64,000 nucleotides of DNA from Phycisphaerales bacterium (lineage in GTDB: Bacteria; Planctomycetota; Phycisphaerae; Phycisphaerales; UBA1924), in assembly GCA_044222255.1 (NCBI GenBank), contig JBGANP010000007.1, positions 2,327 to 66,326 of the forward strand. Direction: 5' to 3'. How positions within the stretch are numbered: the first letter of the stretch is position 1; each line of letters begins with the position of its first letter. Position numbers and translations under genes: made by a program. Of this stretch, positions 56,232 to 64,000 are shown one piece after another. The notes beneath the pieces are model-generated. The model did not search any database, was not told the DNA's origin, and saw only the letters and a list, made by a program, of their open reading frames with translations.

Positions 56232-57545
56232 ATGCTTCATCGTTCACTGTTCGCCTCGTGTGCTTCGCTCGCGGTCGGCGCGGCCGCGCTCGCTCAGCCG
56301 TGTACTCCCACGTTCGATCTCGCCCTCGGAGCGCCCGGAGCCCCGAGCTCCAACATCGGCGTGCTCTACCCCACCACCTTTTTCTCGCCGGGAGTCCGGC
56401 AGATGTTCGTCGGCGGCGGATTCCCGTCAATGGGCGGCGTTGCGGGAACCAGCGGCATCGCGATCTGGAACGGGACGACCTTCACACCGCTGGCCTCGGG
56501 CATCAACTTCGGCGGCTCGACCGCCGAGGTGAGCGCGGCCACGACGTTCGGCGGGAAGCTGTACATCGGCGGCCAGTTCGTCGGCGCGACGGGCGGACCC
56601 GCGGCTCGCGGCCTGATCCGCTGGACGGGTTCGGCATTCGAGCAGGTGGCTCCCGATCCGGTCACGGCGATCTTCGCGCTCCGGGCCGTGACCGTGTACC
56701 AGAACGAGCTCTATGTCGGCGGGTCCTTCGATCGCATCGGCACGACCATCACCAACTGCGTCGCGAAGCTGAATGCCACGCAGGACGACTTCGTCGCGCT
56801 GGGCACCGGGTTTGGGGCGACGGCCGGGGCGGGCATCTTCGACATGGTGACCTTCAACGACGGCTCGGGCGACAAGCTGTATGCGTGCGGCAACTTCACC
56901 TCGATGGACGGCGTCGCCTCGACGCGCTGGATCGCGCGGTACAACGGAACGGCGTGGGAGACGGTCGGCGGCGGCATCATCTCGGGCTCCGCATCAAGCA
57001 ATGCCCGCGACATGCTGGTCTTCGACGATGGCACCGGGCCTGCGCTGTACGTGGCGTGCGGTCGGTCCAGCTCGTTCGGCACCGGCGCGGAGTCGGCGGT
57101 GCACAAGTGGAACGGCGTTTCATGGACCGCGATTCCGGGCTTTCAGGATGATCCGCTGGATGTGAACTTCACGGCCAGCTCCATCGGTCTGTACAACGAC
57201 GGGCGCGGCACATCCGTTCTGGCGCAGGTGCGGCTGTCGCAGTCGGGCGGCGTGAATCCGCGGCAGGCGCTGCTGAAGCTTGAGGGCAACCGGTTCCGGT
57301 TGGTTCCCGGCGTGTTGTTTGACGCCGGTGTCTTTGAGATCCAGCCCTTTGACGACGGCGCGGGGCTCGGTTTGCGGACATGGCTGGGCGGTTCGTTCAC
57401 GAATGTGAATGGGGCTTCGGCGAATCGTCTGGCGCAGATCAGCGGGTGCGCGGCGACCTGCCCGGCGGACTTCAACGGCGTCGGTGGACTGTCCGTGCAG
57501 GACATCTTCGACTTCCTTGCGGCGTGGTTCGCGGGGTGTCCATAA
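56232..57545 (+). CDS. secreted beta-propeller-like repeat protein with GC-type dockerin-like C-terminal tail
   Basis: Signal MLHRSLFASCASLAVGAAALAQP. Repeats of the type GGxF..IGG..A..IA.WNGT.W. C-terminus CPADFNGVGGLSVQDIFDFLAAWFAGCP. Confidence 0.75.
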   Translation: MLHRSLFASCASLAVGAAALAQPCTPTFDLALGAPGAPSSNIGVLYPTTFFSPGVRQMFVGGGFPSMGGVAGTSGIAIWNGTTFTPLASGINFGGSTAEVSAATTFGGKLYIGGQFVGATGGPAARGLIRWTGSAFEQVAPDPVTAIFALRAVTVYQNELYVGGSFDRIGTTITNCVAKLNATQDDFVALGTGFGATAGAGIFDMVTFNDGSGDKLYACGNFTSMDGVASTRWIARYNGTAWETVGGGIISGSASSNARDMLVFDDGTGPALYVACGRSSSFGTGAESAVHKWNGVSWTAIPGFQDDPLDVNFTASSIGLYNDGRGTSVLAQVRLSQSGGVNPRQALLKLEGNRFRLVPGVLFDAGVFEIQPFDDGAGLGLRTWLGGSFTNVNGASANRLAQISGCAATCPADFNGVGGLSVQDIFDFLAAWFAGCP

Positions 57546-57585
57546 GGCCTTGGGCCTGATTGTTCGTGATTTGCATTGCGGATTC

Positions 57586-57622
57586 ACCGGCCTTGCCCGC
57601 ATCGGCGAGGCCGGTTCTTTTT
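57586..57622. terminator. intrinsic terminator between convergent genes
   Basis: ACCGGCCT-14 nt-AGGCCGGT followed by TCTTTTT. Confidence 0.65.
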
Positions 57623-57650
57623 CCGGCGCGATCGAGGGGGGTCGCCGGCG

Positions 57651-58175
57651 TTACTCGGAGAACTTGGCCCACAGCTTGGGGAACTTCTTCTCGAGGTCGT
57701 CGCTCTCTTCTTCCCACATCTCGCCGGCGGGTTCGGTGGGGCGGCCGCTGGCTCGGGGCATTTCGTCGTCGGATTTTTCGTCGAGGGCTTCGGCGGGCAT
57801 GTAGATGAGGGACTCGCACTCGAACTGGCCGGGCTCGCCGTAGGAGAGTTTGGCGGTGGCGAGGGACTGGGGATCGGCGATGGCGGCTTCGCAGATCTGC
57901 TGGCCCTGGGCGATGAGCCAGGCGCGCCAGTACTCGAAGCCGTCATCGGAGCAGCCGAAGTTCATGATGTAGGCCGCGGCCCAGAGATCCCAGTGGAAGA
58001 GCTTGTCCATGAGGACATCGAGCTCCTGCTGGAAGGCGATGATGTCGGCGGCGGGGAGCTGTGCGAGCTCATCGCGGACGGCTTCGGCGAAGGTCTCGAC
58101 ATCGGTGGGGGCGCGCTTGCGGGCGCGATCGATGATGGACCAGAAGGTTGGGGAGGCGGAAGTCGTCGTGGACAT
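57651..58175 (-). CDS. DUF4240 domain protein
   Basis: ...FWSIIDRARKRAP...AFQQELDVLMDKLFHWDLWAAAYIMNFGCSDDGFEYWRAWLIAQG... Confidence 0.7.
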   Translation of the reverse strand: MSTTTSASPTFWSIIDRARKRAPTDVETFAEAVRDELAQLPAADIIAFQQELDVLMDKLFHWDLWAAAYIMNFGCSDDGFEYWRAWLIAQGQQICEAAIADPQSLATAKLSYGEPGQFECESLIYMPAEALDEKSDDEMPRASGRPTEPAGEMWEEESDDLEKKFPKLWAKFSE

Positions 58176-59067
58176 GGCGGGAGGTTACGCAGCCGAGGCG
58201 CGGCGGCCAGTGCGCGACGCAGGAAGTATGTTCAGTCTGGGGATGCGCGGTGCCGGATCGCGCGATGAGATCGGCGGCGAGTGATGCGTTTGCGAGCGCG
58301 GGGCGGACGAGGCCGAGCGGAGATTTGGGATTGCACGCGAGATGGCCGGGCGCGGGGGCGGCGTAGGTGATGGGGTATGGAGGGTGCTGGGTGCCTTTGT
58401 AGTTGTGGAAACCGGACCAGTATCCGTGGTTGTAGGAGAGACGCTGGAGATGCTGGACGTGGTGGTTGTCGGTGATGTGCCTGGGGATTTTCGGGGGATC
58501 GGCGACGAAGGGGGAGAGGTTTACTTCGTCATCGCGTAGCTGGTTGGCCCATTGGCGTGGGACGGGTGGGCGCGATGGGGCGGGATTGTCTTCGTCGGAA
58601 TCGATGCAGTCTTCGGACGCTGAGTGCTCGGGATCATCTGAATTATCGGAATCGTCGGAATCCGCAAGGGAATCGGCGTTTTCGAGTTCGGAGTCAACGC
58701 ACTCGGATTCGTCGAGGTTGGGGTCTTCGAGATCGGAATCGAGGTCGTCGTCGTCGATGTCGGGAGTTGCGTTGTTTGCGGGAAGATCCTCGCTTGCGCT
58801 TCGGGTTCGTTGGGGGCGGGGCTCGACGGAGGCGGCGTATTTGAAGACGATGGAGGCGGCGAGGCGTTTTTCGCGGAAGTCGGTGTCTTTGGCGGCGAAG
58901 ATTTCGGCGAGGGCGGCGGCCGCGGCGGATTTGAGGGAGAGGAGGGAAGGGTCGGGGCAGGGGCTGGGAGGAGGGCAGAAGAACGATGGCGCGGATGGGG
59001 CGGGCGCGGAGATGTCGTGCGCGGCAAGAAGCGTGGCGGTGGGCGCGGGCGGGTTGGTGGTGAGCAT
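58069..59067 (-). CDS. hypothetical protein with a highly acidic Asp/Ser/Glu central region (3' end uncertain)
   Basis: DIDDDDLDSDLEDPNLDESECVDSELENADSLADSDDSDNSDDPE... The last ~35 codons overlap the DUF4240 start by 107 nt and look like GC-frame read-through. Confidence 0.4.
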   Translation of the reverse strand: MLTTNPPAPTATLLAAHDISAPAPSAPSFFCPPPSPCPDPSLLSLKSAAAAALAEIFAAKDTDFREKRLAASIVFKYAASVEPRPQRTRSASEDLPANNATPDIDDDDLDSDLEDPNLDESECVDSELENADSLADSDDSDNSDDPEHSASEDCIDSDEDNPAPSRPPVPRQWANQLRDDEVNLSPFVADPPKIPRHITDNHHVQHLQRLSYNHGYWSGFHNYKGTQHPPYPITYAAPAPGHLACNPKSPLGLVRPALANASLAADLIARSGTAHPQTEHTSCVAHWPPRLGCVTSRHVHDDFRLPNLLVHHRSRPQARPHRCRDLRRSRPR

Positions 59068-59258
59068 GACGGACCCCCTGTGGCTGAAGCGGAAACGGAC
59101 CCCCTGGGCGAGCCGGTTGGGGCTCGCGAGACGATGGGGTCAGAATACAGCGGGAGGGAAGTTTGTCAAGTGGATGTACGGTTGATTGCGGAGAATTGTT
59201 GGCGTGTGTTCGGTAAGTTGAGGAGGGGCAAGGGGTTGGGAGTACTTCCGCGGGGTGG

Positions 59259-59513
59259 TCAATGCCAGAGTGTTCTTGCCGCGGCTGCGATGTGCAGGAG
59301 GTTCATGGCGAGGATGACCGCGAGAGCGACGAGGGGCCAGCGGGTGCGGGGCTTACGGAGCGCGGCGATGAGGGCGAGGAGGATGGAGAGCGTGGCGAGG
59401 GCGATGACGAGGTACATGCCTTCGGTGTTTTTGTTGTGGGCGTAGGTGGTTGCGTTGAAGCTCAGGGCGAGAAGGGAGAGGAGGAGGGAGATGAAGAGGA
59501 GGAGAGGTTGCAT
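59259..59513 (-). CDS. small 3-TM membrane protein
   Basis: MQPLLLFISLLLSLLALSF...LVIALATLSILLALIAAL...LVALAVILAMNLL. Confidence 0.45.
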   Translation of the reverse strand: MQPLLLFISLLLSLLALSFNATTYAHNKNTEGMYLVIALATLSILLALIAALRKPRTRWPLVALAVILAMNLLHIAAAARTLWH

Positions 59514-59584
59514 GGGGGAGCGTGCCGAGCGCGAGAGTACGTGTGCGATGGGGCGCGCGAATAGTCCACGTTATAGTGGCGAAG

Positions 59585-60085
59585 ATGCCCGTGGTTGAGA
59601 GTTCCATTTTGATCCGCTGCACGCCCGAGCGGGCGTTTGATGTGTCGCAGGATTATGGGTTGCGACTGAAGTGGGACCCGTTCCTGGCGGATCTGAAGTT
59701 TCTGGATGGGGCGATGGTGGGCGGGGTTGGAGTGCGGACGTGGGTGCGATCGAAGCGCGGGATGGAGATGGTGTCGGAGTATGTGGCGTGGGATCGGCGC
59801 CCCCCCACCGCGGTGGTGGCGATCAAGATGGTGGACGGCGGCGCGGCGAGTTCGCGGGCGACGAAGATGTTTGAGCAGTTCGGGGGATCGTGGCGGTTTC
59901 GGGCATCGACGGCGGATGCGGCGATGACGGAAGTGACGATGCGTTACACGTTTCGGACGCGGCCAGCGTGGCTGCGGTGGGCGATGGAGCCGGTGGCGAA
60001 GTGGGTTTTCGGGCGGGATGTGCGCGGGAGGTTGGCGGGGCTCAAGCGCGGCGTGGAGGAGATGGGGTTGCGGGCTGGAGCCTGA
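59585..60085 (+). CDS. SRPBCC (START/polyketide-cyclase-like) family protein
   Basis: MPVVESSILIRCTPERAFDVSQDYGLRLKWDPF... Confidence 0.65.
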   Translation: MPVVESSILIRCTPERAFDVSQDYGLRLKWDPFLADLKFLDGAMVGGVGVRTWVRSKRGMEMVSEYVAWDRRPPTAVVAIKMVDGGAASSRATKMFEQFGGSWRFRASTADAAMTEVTMRYTFRTRPAWLRWAMEPVAKWVFGRDVRGRLAGLKRGVEEMGLRAGA

Positions 60086-60178
60086 GTTGTGTCGGTGTGT
60101 TGTTAACGAGCAGGGGTGCGGGCGTGCCGCATCGCGCGGTGAAAATGATCGGGGCGACTTCCAATACACTCAGGAGCC

Positions 60179-60640
60179 ATGAGCGATTCGGGATATCAGC
60201 ATGGACGCGAGTATGAGGTGGAGCCGCCGCCGCTGCCGGGGGCGGGAATGGGCGTTGCATCGCCGCCGACGCGGCCGCGGTGCTGGAAGTGTCAGTATGA
60301 CCTGACGGGGTTGCAGGTGACGGGGACGTGTCCGGAGTGTGGGACGCCGGTGTGGTCGGGGCCGGCGGGGATCGCGCCGGGGGCGCAGGTGCATGCGGAC
60401 GGGATGGTGTGGGGGATCGTGGCGATCGTGCTGCTGTTTGCGTGCATCGGGCCGCTGGCGGGGTTTGTGGCGATACCGGCGGTGGTGAAGGGGCACGCGG
60501 CGATGGCGATGGTGCGGGCGGGACGGACGCCGCCGGAGCTGGTGACGCAGGCGCGGACGGGGATGATTCTGGGGTGGGTGACGATCGGGCTATCGGGGTT
60601 GTTTGTGCTGGCGTGGGTGGCGATGTTGCTCGTGCGGTGA
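60179..60640 (+). CDS. zinc-ribbon (CxxC...CPECG) plus DUF4190-like 2-TM membrane protein
   Basis: CWKCQYDLTGLQVTGTCPECGTPVW, then GIVAIVLLFACIGPLAGFVAIPAVV... and ILGWVTIGLSGLFVLAWVAMLLV. Confidence 0.7.
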   Translation: MSDSGYQHGREYEVEPPPLPGAGMGVASPPTRPRCWKCQYDLTGLQVTGTCPECGTPVWSGPAGIAPGAQVHADGMVWGIVAIVLLFACIGPLAGFVAIPAVVKGHAAMAMVRAGRTPPELVTQARTGMILGWVTIGLSGLFVLAWVAMLLVR

Positions 60641-60669
60641 GGAGGCAGCGCGGGGCGGCGAGCGGGCGA

Positions 60670-61317
60670 TCAGCGTTGCTGCATGCGCTTGGAAATCGTG
60701 GCGATGATGGCGAAGAGGATGAAGAGTGGAGGCGTGATGACCATGCCGAGGAGGGGGATCATGGCGTAGGCGAGCCACTTGTAATCGTCGGAGGCCTCGA
60801 ATGCGGTGAAGAGGGAGAGGCCAACATCCGCGAGAAACTGCGGGAGCGTGAGGAGAAGGAGCGAGGTGGTGAGGAGGCGGCCGCGGATTCGGGCGGCGAG
60901 GATGGCGATGGTGCTGCCGACGAGGACGGCTTCGAGGAGCATCACGCCGCTGGAGATGGCGATTGAAGAGGCTTCGAGTCGCTTGGCGAAGGCCCAAGCG
61001 ATGAGGACGGGGATGTGGGTGGCGAGAGAGAGGAGAGCGGCACGGAGAGCCCAGCGGTGGGCGTTTGGATAGTGGGTGGCCGCGGCGAGACGGATGAGGC
61101 CGCCGCATTCGGGGCAGGGGGCGGAGGCGGGGATTGACTGGAGGGAATAGCGGCAGGCGGCGCACCAGGGGCCGGTGGTGGAGTCATTTGGGGGCTTGAA
61201 GGAAGCGGTGCGGGCGAGGAGGGATGCGAGGGGGAGGCAGAGGGGGAAGAGGATGAGGAGGAGGAGGATCACGGGGGAAGGTAGACGATCGGGCGGGGAG
61301 ACGGAGCGAGCGGACAA
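60670..61317 (-). CDS. zinc-ribbon (CxxC...CPECG) polytopic membrane protein
   Basis: CAACRYSLQSIPASAPCPECGG after an N-terminal TM helix. Four to five further TM helices. Confidence 0.65.
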   Translation of the reverse strand: MSARSVSPPDRLPSPVILLLLILFPLCLPLASLLARTASFKPPNDSTTGPWCAACRYSLQSIPASAPCPECGGLIRLAAATHYPNAHRWALRAALLSLATHIPVLIAWAFAKRLEASSIAISSGVMLLEAVLVGSTIAILAARIRGRLLTTSLLLLTLPQFLADVGLSLFTAFEASDDYKWLAYAMIPLLGMVITPPLFILFAIIATISKRMQQR

Positions 61318-61365
61318 GCAATCGGTCCGGGTGACTACGCAGAAAAAGGTAGAAGTGGAGCGGGA

Positions 61366-61719
61366 TCACTCAGTGGGCGGCTGCAACTGAAGGATGCGCT
61401 GACGCAAACCGCTTCGAAATAGCTCGAGGTCAGAGCGGAATGCCGGTTTCCACTCTTCGCTCCAGTGGGCGATGACGCTGGGCATGTCGGCGGCGAGTTC
61501 GTCCATGAGCTTGTCCAGCAACGTGTACTCGTCGAGCCGCAGGTCAGCAAAGTACCACCCTCCTATGGCGTCGTACATCTCAAGAATGTCATGTGTGAGC
61601 CGAGAGCCAAACGTCGTGAGCCCCTCAGGGCGCGAAAGGATGAAACCGGTGATCGTGCGCATGGTGGCCTTGCGGCACAGCCCGCGGACATCTCCTCCCA
61701 AGTCGTACATTCCTGACAT
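61366..61719 (-). CDS. hypothetical 117-aa protein immediately downstream of HepT
   Basis: Protein-like composition (..THDILEMYDAIGGWYFADLRLDEYTLLDKLMDELAADMPSVIAHWSEEWKP..). 32-nt gap to the HepT stop. No family recognised. Confidence 0.55.
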   Translation of the reverse strand: MSGMYDLGGDVRGLCRKATMRTITGFILSRPEGLTTFGSRLTHDILEMYDAIGGWYFADLRLDEYTLLDKLMDELAADMPSVIAHWSEEWKPAFRSDLELFRSGLRQRILQLQPPTE

Positions 61720-61751
61720 GTGCTCTCCGATCGATCATCGAGGTCGAGAGC

Positions 61752-62111
61752 TTACTTCGCTTCCCGCTCCAGCACCTGCGACAGTTCCTGCTCCATTTTT
61801 GGCAGGTCGTTTTGGATAGTGTCCCAAACGGTTCGTGTGTCGACAGCGAAATAGACGTGGACGATGACGTTTCGCATGCCGCGGGCCTGTCGCCACGCGA
61901 CGATGGGGTGAGCGGCTTTGATCTCGTCGGGGACATGAGCAGCGGCCTCGCCGATGATGTTGAAGTCGGCGAGGACCGCCTTCTGGGTCTTGGCGTCGGC
62001 GGCGAACTGCTCGAAGGTCATTCCTGCGACGAAGGAGCGGATTTCGCGGGCCGCGCCGATCATGTCGCGGATACGCTGCGGCCAGGCGCGGGTCTGCTTC
62101 TCAGGCGACAC
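61752..62111 (-). CDS. hepT: HepT-like (DUF86/HEPN) toxin
   Basis: Rx4HxY motif in RGMRNVIVHVYF. GTG 62111 overlaps the MNT stop by 11 nt. The upstream part of the track ORF lies out of frame inside the MNT gene. Confidence 0.8.
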   Translation of the reverse strand: MSPEKQTRAWPQRIRDMIGAAREIRSFVAGMTFEQFAADAKTQKAVLADFNIIGEAAAHVPDEIKAAHPIVAWRQARGMRNVIVHVYFAVDTRTVWDTIQNDLPKMEQELSQVLEREAK

Positions 62112-62400
62112 GTCGCATCTCCCGCTCGACCTCATCGCGCATGAATGGCCGGACCATGTGGCGCTCGCCGAGATCGACCTTGCGGCCGAGCAGGCCTTCG
62201 AGCGTGTCGAGAATGCACCCCAGGGTGCCGAGCGTGGGGTGGGAGTCGGGCTGGAACTCGACGAGGACATCGATATCGCTGTCGGGGTGGTCGTCGCCGC
62301 GGGCGACGGAGCCGAAGAGATAGAGCTCCTGCACGGCGAACTCGCGGCGGAGGTCGGGGAGGGCGGCTTTGAGTTGCGCGATGACTTGGTCGCGGAGCAT
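62101..62400 (-). CDS. mntA: MNT-type nucleotidyltransferase antitoxin
   Basis: LFGSVARGDDHPDSDIDVLVEF (GSxxRG ... DxD). Confidence 0.85.
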   Translation of the reverse strand: MLRDQVIAQLKAALPDLRREFAVQELYLFGSVARGDDHPDSDIDVLVEFQPDSHPTLGTLGCILDTLEGLLGRKVDLGERHMVRPFMRDEVEREMRRVA

Positions 62401-62483
62401 GGGGGGATTGTATCAACGCCCGATATGGCGTGCCGCGCTCGCGACTCCGCAGGAATAGCGCGAACCCGCCAATCGGCCGACGA

Positions 62484-62849
62484 TTATTCATCCAATGACG
62501 GCAGCGGCATGTTGAGCAGTTCCTCGAGCCAGCCGCGCAGACGCAGGCCAAGCCAATGCCCGTAGCTCGAAGGTGGTAGTCGTGCGATCAGGGCCGAGTG
62601 ATTTTCGGAGGCAAGGAAGAGGCCGGTCGATTGGAACTGGGCGGCGCACGGGAGAGAAAGGACGGCGGTTCGCGTGCGGATGGGGCCGAAGTTCCATGGC
62701 CCAGACCTGCGGGAGATGCGGAGCTGATCGTCGCCAGACTGGATGCGGGTCACCCAGGTCCAAGTGCCGAGAAGGAGCGAAGTGACGAACCACAAGGATG
62801 GTTGAGTTGGAGACGGCGCGAACCCGCAACGGCCCGACTTGCGGTGCAT
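62484..62849 (-). CDS. hypothetical protein (TM helix plus soluble domain); may be the 3' part of a frameshifted gene
   Basis: MHRKSGRCGFAPSPTQPSLWFVTSLLLGTWTWVTRIQSGDDQLRISRR...LFLASENHSALIARLPPSSYGHWLGLRLRGWLEEL. Confidence 0.45.
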   Translation of the reverse strand: MHRKSGRCGFAPSPTQPSLWFVTSLLLGTWTWVTRIQSGDDQLRISRRSGPWNFGPIRTRTAVLSLPCAAQFQSTGLFLASENHSALIARLPPSSYGHWLGLRLRGWLEELLNMPLPSLDE

Positions 62850-62869
62850 GGGGAACTCGCGATATCTCG

Positions 62870-63135
62870 TCGAAATCACCGCACATGGTCTCGATTCGGC
62901 TTCGCACGTTCGTGAACGCGAACGCGCCGATAATGCAAAGAACCATCAGGAAAAAAAGGCCGATCATCCAAATGTTGGCGAGTATGTCCAGAACGCGGTT
63001 GGACGGCGACCACAGAGCTGAGGTCTGCAACATGATGATGAGCGGGAGCATGAGCCACAGGCCCGGGCTCCAGATCGCGAGCACAGCCCAGTCGCGTAGG
63101 CGCTCAAACCGTTCGATCTGTTGTGCTTGTTCCAT
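62870..63135 (-). CDS. hypothetical membrane protein (5' part reliable, 3' end unresolved)
   Basis: From ATG 63135: [36 protein letters not shown]...[20 protein letters not shown]... Beyond ~62870 the same frame becomes Arg/Pro-rich read-through to 62488. Lower-GC DNA. Confidence 0.4.
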
Positions 63136-63231
63136 GCGTGTCGAACAAGGGCGGGTTGGAGGGCGCGAAGCCAAGGCGCTCGGGCCGCGGCGGCACGAAC
63201 ATGGGCCGGGAGGCCCATGCCACTTTTGATG

Positions 63232-64000
63232 CTACTTGCCCACTGCCTTGCAGACCTTGCTCGCCGCATCCGTCAGGTCTGTCGCTGCCTGCAGCGTCGG
63301 CACGAGGGACTTGGCGTCGCTCAGGATTTTCCGTCCGGCGTCGACGTTGGTGCCTTCGAGGCGGACGACGAGGGGGACTTTGAAACCTGTGGAGCCGTCG
63401 GGGTTCTTGTAGGTCTTGGCGGCGTTCACCACGCCCTGGGCGATGATGTCGCAGCGCATGATGCCGCCGAAGATGTTGACGAGGATGCCCTTGACGTGCT
63501 GGTCGGAGAGGATGATCTTGAAGGCCTCGGTGACGGCTTCTTCGGTGGCTCCGCCGCCGACATCCAGGAAGTTGGCGGGGGTGCCGCCGTGGAGCTTGAT
63601 GATGTCCATGGTGGCCATCGCGAGGCCCGCGCCGTTCACGAGGCAGCCGATGTTGCCGTCGAGCGCGATGTATGAGAGGTTCGCGGCCTTGGCGCGGAGC
63701 TCGGCGGGGTTCTCTTCGGCGGGGTCGGCGAGTTTCTCAAGATCGGGGTGGCGGAAGAGGCCGTTGTCGTCGAAGGAGAACTTGGCGTCGATGGCGATGA
63801 TCTGGCCGGTGGGGCCGTCTGTCAGCACGAGCGGGTTGATCTCGGCGAGGGTGCAGTCCTTCTCGACGAAGAGCTTGGCGAGTTTGATCATGATGTCGGC
63901 GGCTTGGTTCGCGAGCTTGCCGGAGAGGCCGAGCTGGTAGGCGACCTTGCGAGCGGCGAAGGTTTGCAGGCCGAGCATCGGGTGGAGGGGCTCTTTGATG
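63232..64000 (-). CDS. sucC: succinate--CoA ligase (ADP-forming) beta subunit, 3' part (5' end outside window)
   Basis: ...[10 protein letters not shown]...[18 protein letters not shown]...NFLDVGGGA...[10 protein letters not shown]... Confidence 0.92.
   Translation of the reverse strand, partial: IKEPLHPMLGLQTFAARKVAYQLGLSGKLANQAADIMIKLAKLFVEKDCTLAEINPLVLTDGPTGQIIAIDAKFSFDDNGLFRHPDLEKLADPAEENPAELRAKAANLSYIALDGNIGCLVNGAGLAMATMDIIKLHGGTPANFLDVGGGATEEAVTEAFKIILSDQHVKGILVNIFGGIMRCDIIAQGVVNAAKTYKNPDGSTGFKVPLVVRLEGTNVDAGRKILSDAKSLVPTLQAATDLTDAASKVCKAVGK

Overview
High-GC (about 65-70%) bacterial chromosomal window. The gene content (GC-type dockerin tails, PEP-CTERM proteins, widely spaced ribosomal protein genes with basic tails) suggests Planctomycetota, probably Phycisphaerae-like; this is an inference. 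Most of it is housekeeping. It contains ileS, a LysR regulator, acnA, ada, recQ, rplU, scoA, nrdR, thrS, a ROK kinase, pheS and a ~17 kb S10-spc-alpha ribosomal cluster on the minus strand (34.9-51.7 kb). That cluster runs rpsJ-rplCDWB-rpsS-rplV-rpsC-rplP-rpmC-rpsQ-rplNXE-rpsNH-rplFR-rpsE-rplO-secY-infA-rpmJ-rpsMK-rpoA-rplQ. An M28 peptidase, rnhA and the 3' part of sucC follow. Between these lie lineage-specific surface and membrane proteins and an accessory-looking stretch (57.6-63.2 kb) with an MNT/HepT toxin-antitoxin pair. I found no rRNA, tRNA, CRISPR array, transposase or integrase. The most interesting signals are: (1) a 16-codon leader ORF with six consecutive Thr codons plus an intrinsic terminator directly upstream of thrS, a candidate ribosome-mediated attenuator; (2) a lower-GC IF2_N-like module inserted in the ThrRS editing region; (3) an Xre-like HTH domain fused to L22; (4) two families of conserved GC-hairpin (REP-like) elements in intergenic spacers; (5) a recurrent CxxC...CPECG zinc-ribbon membrane protein family (5 genes plus 1 relic); and (6) MNT-HepT with a tightly linked third gene next to a possible frameshifted membrane gene. 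CDS coordinates include the stop codon, as in the ORF track. Coordinates of hand-mapped small elements may be off by 1-2 nt.
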